Position numbers and translations under genes: made by a program
Notes under the pieces: generated by a model
Databases searched by the model: none
What the model was told of the DNA's origin: nothing
The model's input: only the letters and a program-made list of their open reading frames with translations
Shown: positions 60,356 to 64,000 of the stretch, piece after piece
Numbering within the stretch: the first letter of the stretch is position 1
Layout: the number at the start of each line of letters is the position of its first letter
DNA from: Octopus vulgaris
Taxonomy: Eukaryota
Length of the DNA: 64,000 bases
Direction: 5' to 3'
NCBI GenBank assembly: GCA_951406725.2
Contig: OX597832.1
Coordinates: forward strand, 25,854,001 to 25,918,000

Positions 60356-61277
60356 AACATATATATTTATAAATATTCATGTGCGCGCACACATACACAT
60401 ATACATATATGTTCATATACATACACACACATATATATACACATAGAAAAGCACAGACACGCACACAAAAACACCTAAACATATATATATATATATATAT
60501 ATTTATATACATACACACATACACACACACTCACACACATATACATATACACGCACACACTCGCGTACACACACATATATATATACACACTCGCACATAT
60601 ATATAGATCCACACGCACGCACGCACACACACATACACACACACACACATATATATATATATACATACACACACACATATATATACATACACACACACAT
60701 ATATATACATACACACACACACATTTATACATACGCACACACACATATATATATACAAACACTCACACACACATATATACATACACACACGCACACACAT
60801 ATATACATACACGCACACATATATACCCACACACACACACTCGCACAGACACACACACAGAACGATATGCTCTATTTATAGGCATACGCATCTTCTCCCC
60901 GTTATTTATAGGCAGACTCGCATTTGAAAGACGGTTTAGGAAATCATTCTGTTGTTACCGATTGATCGGAATCGAGACAACTTGCTGTCGGTGAATAATT
61001 TTGTTTGTACGAGAGGGTAAGGTCGTGCCCCTAGCCTTCTTCTCTCCTCCTACGCTAAACTATTCTTCGAGGTAGCGTATTCGAATTGTTTATAGAGAAA
61101 AATGCTCGTCTTGAATATATCTTTAGGCTGCTGTTGTTGTCGATGTTGTTATTGTTTGCTTAAGGCCAGTCTATAGTGAGTAGACCTATGATGGGGAAAT
61201 AGTTCCATTCATGACCATCCCGTCTATTTTTATGATTTCGAAGTCTAATATGCTGTTCAATGTGTGTCTTGACACCC

Positions 61278-61470
61278 AAAGTGGTGAGCTGGCAGAATCG
61301 GTAGCACGCCAAGTAAAATGCGTAGCGGAATTTCAACCGTCTTTATGTTCCGAGTTCGAATTTCGCCGAGGTCGACTTTGCCTTCCATCCTTTCGGGATC
61401 GATAAAATAAGTACCAGTTGAGCAATGGGGTCGATGTAATCGACTTAAACTCTCACCCGAAATTGCTGGA
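61278..61470 (+). mobile_element. SINE group C
   Basis: ggtgagctggcagaatcggtagcacgcc...gaggtcgactttgccttccatcctttcggg. Confidence 0.85.
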
Positions 61471-62289
61471 GGTTAAGAGGTTTAGAAGGAGAAGAAAAAG
61501 AAAAGAAATAGAATATTATGAACCAACGAAGGATCTTCTACGTTTTAGAAATTTGTAATCCATGTTCTTATACTTCGCCTCTCTTTTTACGACTGTAAGA
61601 ATATGTCTTGAGGAAGATTTGTCTGTCATGTCTAGCAAGTCAAAATACCACGTAAGGGTACCCTTATTGTCTTTTAGGCTCAGGTCGGGTCTGGCCTAGC
61701 TGACATATGACCAGAAGTAGTCCAGCCGTGTCAGTCCCCATCTGTTTCTATCTCATCGGCCAATGTATTATTCCATCTTGTTATACAATAGCCATTTGAT
61801 TTGAGGCAGATTTAGGTGTTATTTCTAGCAATTTCAGTGAACATATTGTGACTTAGCACTTCGGTAAAAGATATCAACAGAATAAGAATTAGGCTTTAAA
61901 AAATGTCCTGGAGTCTTCTTGTTCGACTAAAATCCTTCAATGCGTTGCCCCAGCATGGCCGCAGTCAGTTAATTATGATTTTATTCAACATATTCTCCTT
62001 CTTAGATTCACACACTTATTGCAGCGGTCCTCCAGGTTTTCTAAGCCCAGTAAAAGAACTCGAAAGTTTGCGTCCAGACCAGGTCTTTTGCTGCACCCTT
62101 AAAATCAGAAACTTTTCACCATCTCCTCGTATCGAATATGGACGCTTTTGGAAGTCTACTGTGTCGACCTTCACTTCCGGTACAAAACGGAAACGACGTA
62201 GCGAAAGCAAATTTAAGCGTCAATAGTAATTAACCATTTCATTTAACAGTAATTATCCGTTTAATTTACCTAACTAATCATCTAACATG

Positions 62290-62575
62290 AACAATGCTTA
62301 TAAAATACTTATAAAACGATAATTAAATCAATTTAATACAACTTGTTTTTTGCTTATAAAACAAATATAAAACGGTAATTAAGTCAATTTAATTAATTTC
62401 ATTGCTCTATGTTTATAGAACAAACAACAAAATGAGGATTTAGTTATTTAAATTAATTTTATTGTTCTATGTTTATAAAATAGACCACGAAACGATAATT
62501 GCGTCTAATTATTATATTTTGCTTTATTTTTATAAAGTACACCACAAAACTGTAATTAAGCAATTTAAGATTTTA
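62290..62575. repeat. Degenerate ~60-bp AT-rich minisatellite
   Basis: ttataaaac...aaacg(a/g)taattaa..caattt recurs about five times. Confidence 0.6.
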
Positions 62576-63205
62576 TGTTAGATGTCCCCATGAGTAAAAA
62601 CAAAAAAAAGGACTTAGGATTCTCGGAGAGCTTTACTGGTAACTTGGAAGTATACGATTGCTACCAAGGATATTGTCTGGAAATATGGCACACAGGCAAC
62701 GATTATAATTAATCTTGTTTTTTATATAAAAATGAGGAAAATGATAACAACTTTCAAAAGAAACGGAGAAAAAGAGAAGGGAGGAAAAGAAATAAGAAAC
62801 AAATGAAACACGTTCAACGCATGTTTTTTTTTTTTTTAACTGTCGTTTTGTGGGGGATTTAGTTCAGGATAATCAATTTACGAGCTTCTTAACCACGGAG
62901 ACACGCTCGCGCCAGTATATATATGTGTGTGTGTGTATGTATGCAAATGTATATATGTATATATACACGTATATATATATGCATGTATGTATGTATATAT
63001 GTATGTATATATATATATATGTACATATATATATATATATACACAGATATATGCATGTATGTATATATGTATGTTTATATGTCTGTATATATATATGTCT
63101 GTGTGTATGTGTGTGTGTCTGCATATACATATATAGAGAGAGGAACAGACAGACAGATAGATAAATAGATAGATAGATACAGTGATAGATAGATGTACAT
63201 ATATG

Positions 63206-63259
<54 letters not shown>

Positions 63260-63288
63260 TATGTATATGTGTGTATGTTTATGCATGT

Positions 63289-63322
<34 letters not shown>

Positions 63323-63825
63323 AGAGAGAGAGACATATATACATATATATGTATATATGTGTGAGTGTGTATGTTTAAAGATGTATGTCTGTGTATATGT
63401 GTATCTATATATATGCGTGTATGTGTGTGCATTTACGTGTGTGTGTGTGCGCGCGCGCGTGTGTGTGTGTGTGTGTGTGCATAATCTCATAAGGCTGGTT
63501 TCCTAGATTCTGTGCAATATATATTCCGCCATCCGCCGTAGGGTCACTCATTTTTACCAGCTGAGTGGACCGAAACGACGTGAAATGAAGTGTTTTGCTC
63601 AAGAACACAACTTCATTACCTGGCCCAGCAATTGAAACCAAATTTTTTCATCACTTTTAACTTAAACACGAAATTCTGGTGGTTGTGAAAGAGGGGCGTT
63701 GGTCGACTCCGCTTTCTCCAGTGTTTGACTGATATTTTATTTCAGCAATCTAAAATTAAAGCAAAGGTAAAAGTTGACCTCGGCGGAGTTCGAACACAGA
63801 ATAACTGCCACTCTGCCAGTTACGA

Positions 63826-64000
63826 CGACGCGGATTTCAGTTGATCCAGTCAACGGAACTGGCTGCGCGCGAAATTAACGGGCAAGTGGTTGAGCATTCC
63901 ACGGACACGCATAACCTTCAGTTAGTTCTCACGGAAATCCAGGGATACTGAACGAACCAAGGCTGGCCCTCTGAAATGCAGGCACATTTAATTTTTGTCG
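63826..64000. mobile_element. Probable SINE fragment (fourth family, possibly Nin/Deu-domain type)
   Basis: cagttgatcc..tcaacggaac..gaaattaacg.gcaagtgg.tgagca.tccac resembles a cephalopod SINE body as I remember it; single copy in this window. Confidence 0.4.

Noticed and set aside
60910-61020. AG...GT-bounded candidate exon
   Set aside because: Stop codons in all three frames and no supporting evidence

Overview
AT-rich eukaryotic DNA, probably intronic or intergenic, dominated by microsatellites ((TA)n, (CA)n, (GATA)n, (TAA)n, (TAG)n, (GAT)n) and interspersed repeats. The SINE families and microsatellite load look like an Octopus (coleoid cephalopod) genome; this is an inference, not a database match. 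I find no credible host protein-coding gene, and almost all ORFs in the track are translations of simple repeats. Recognisable elements: three abundant tRNA-derived SINE groups (called A, B, C here), a decayed mariner, an internally deleted piggyBac, a hAT-like MITE, a Helitron 3' end, and fragments of CR1/L2-like, RTE-like and R4/Dong-like (RLE) LINEs. The strongest signal is several unrelated short elements inside (TA)n/(TTA)n tracts. Many carry minimal type-I hammerhead ribozyme motifs (3 near-intact, about 8 degenerate). Several share an arm-inverted arm-unique tail fold-back design. Both traits point to non-autonomous Penelope-like or retrozyme-like retroelements. A pre-miRNA-like hairpin lies at about 41.9 kb. 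All coordinates were read by eye, so repeat boundaries are approximate.
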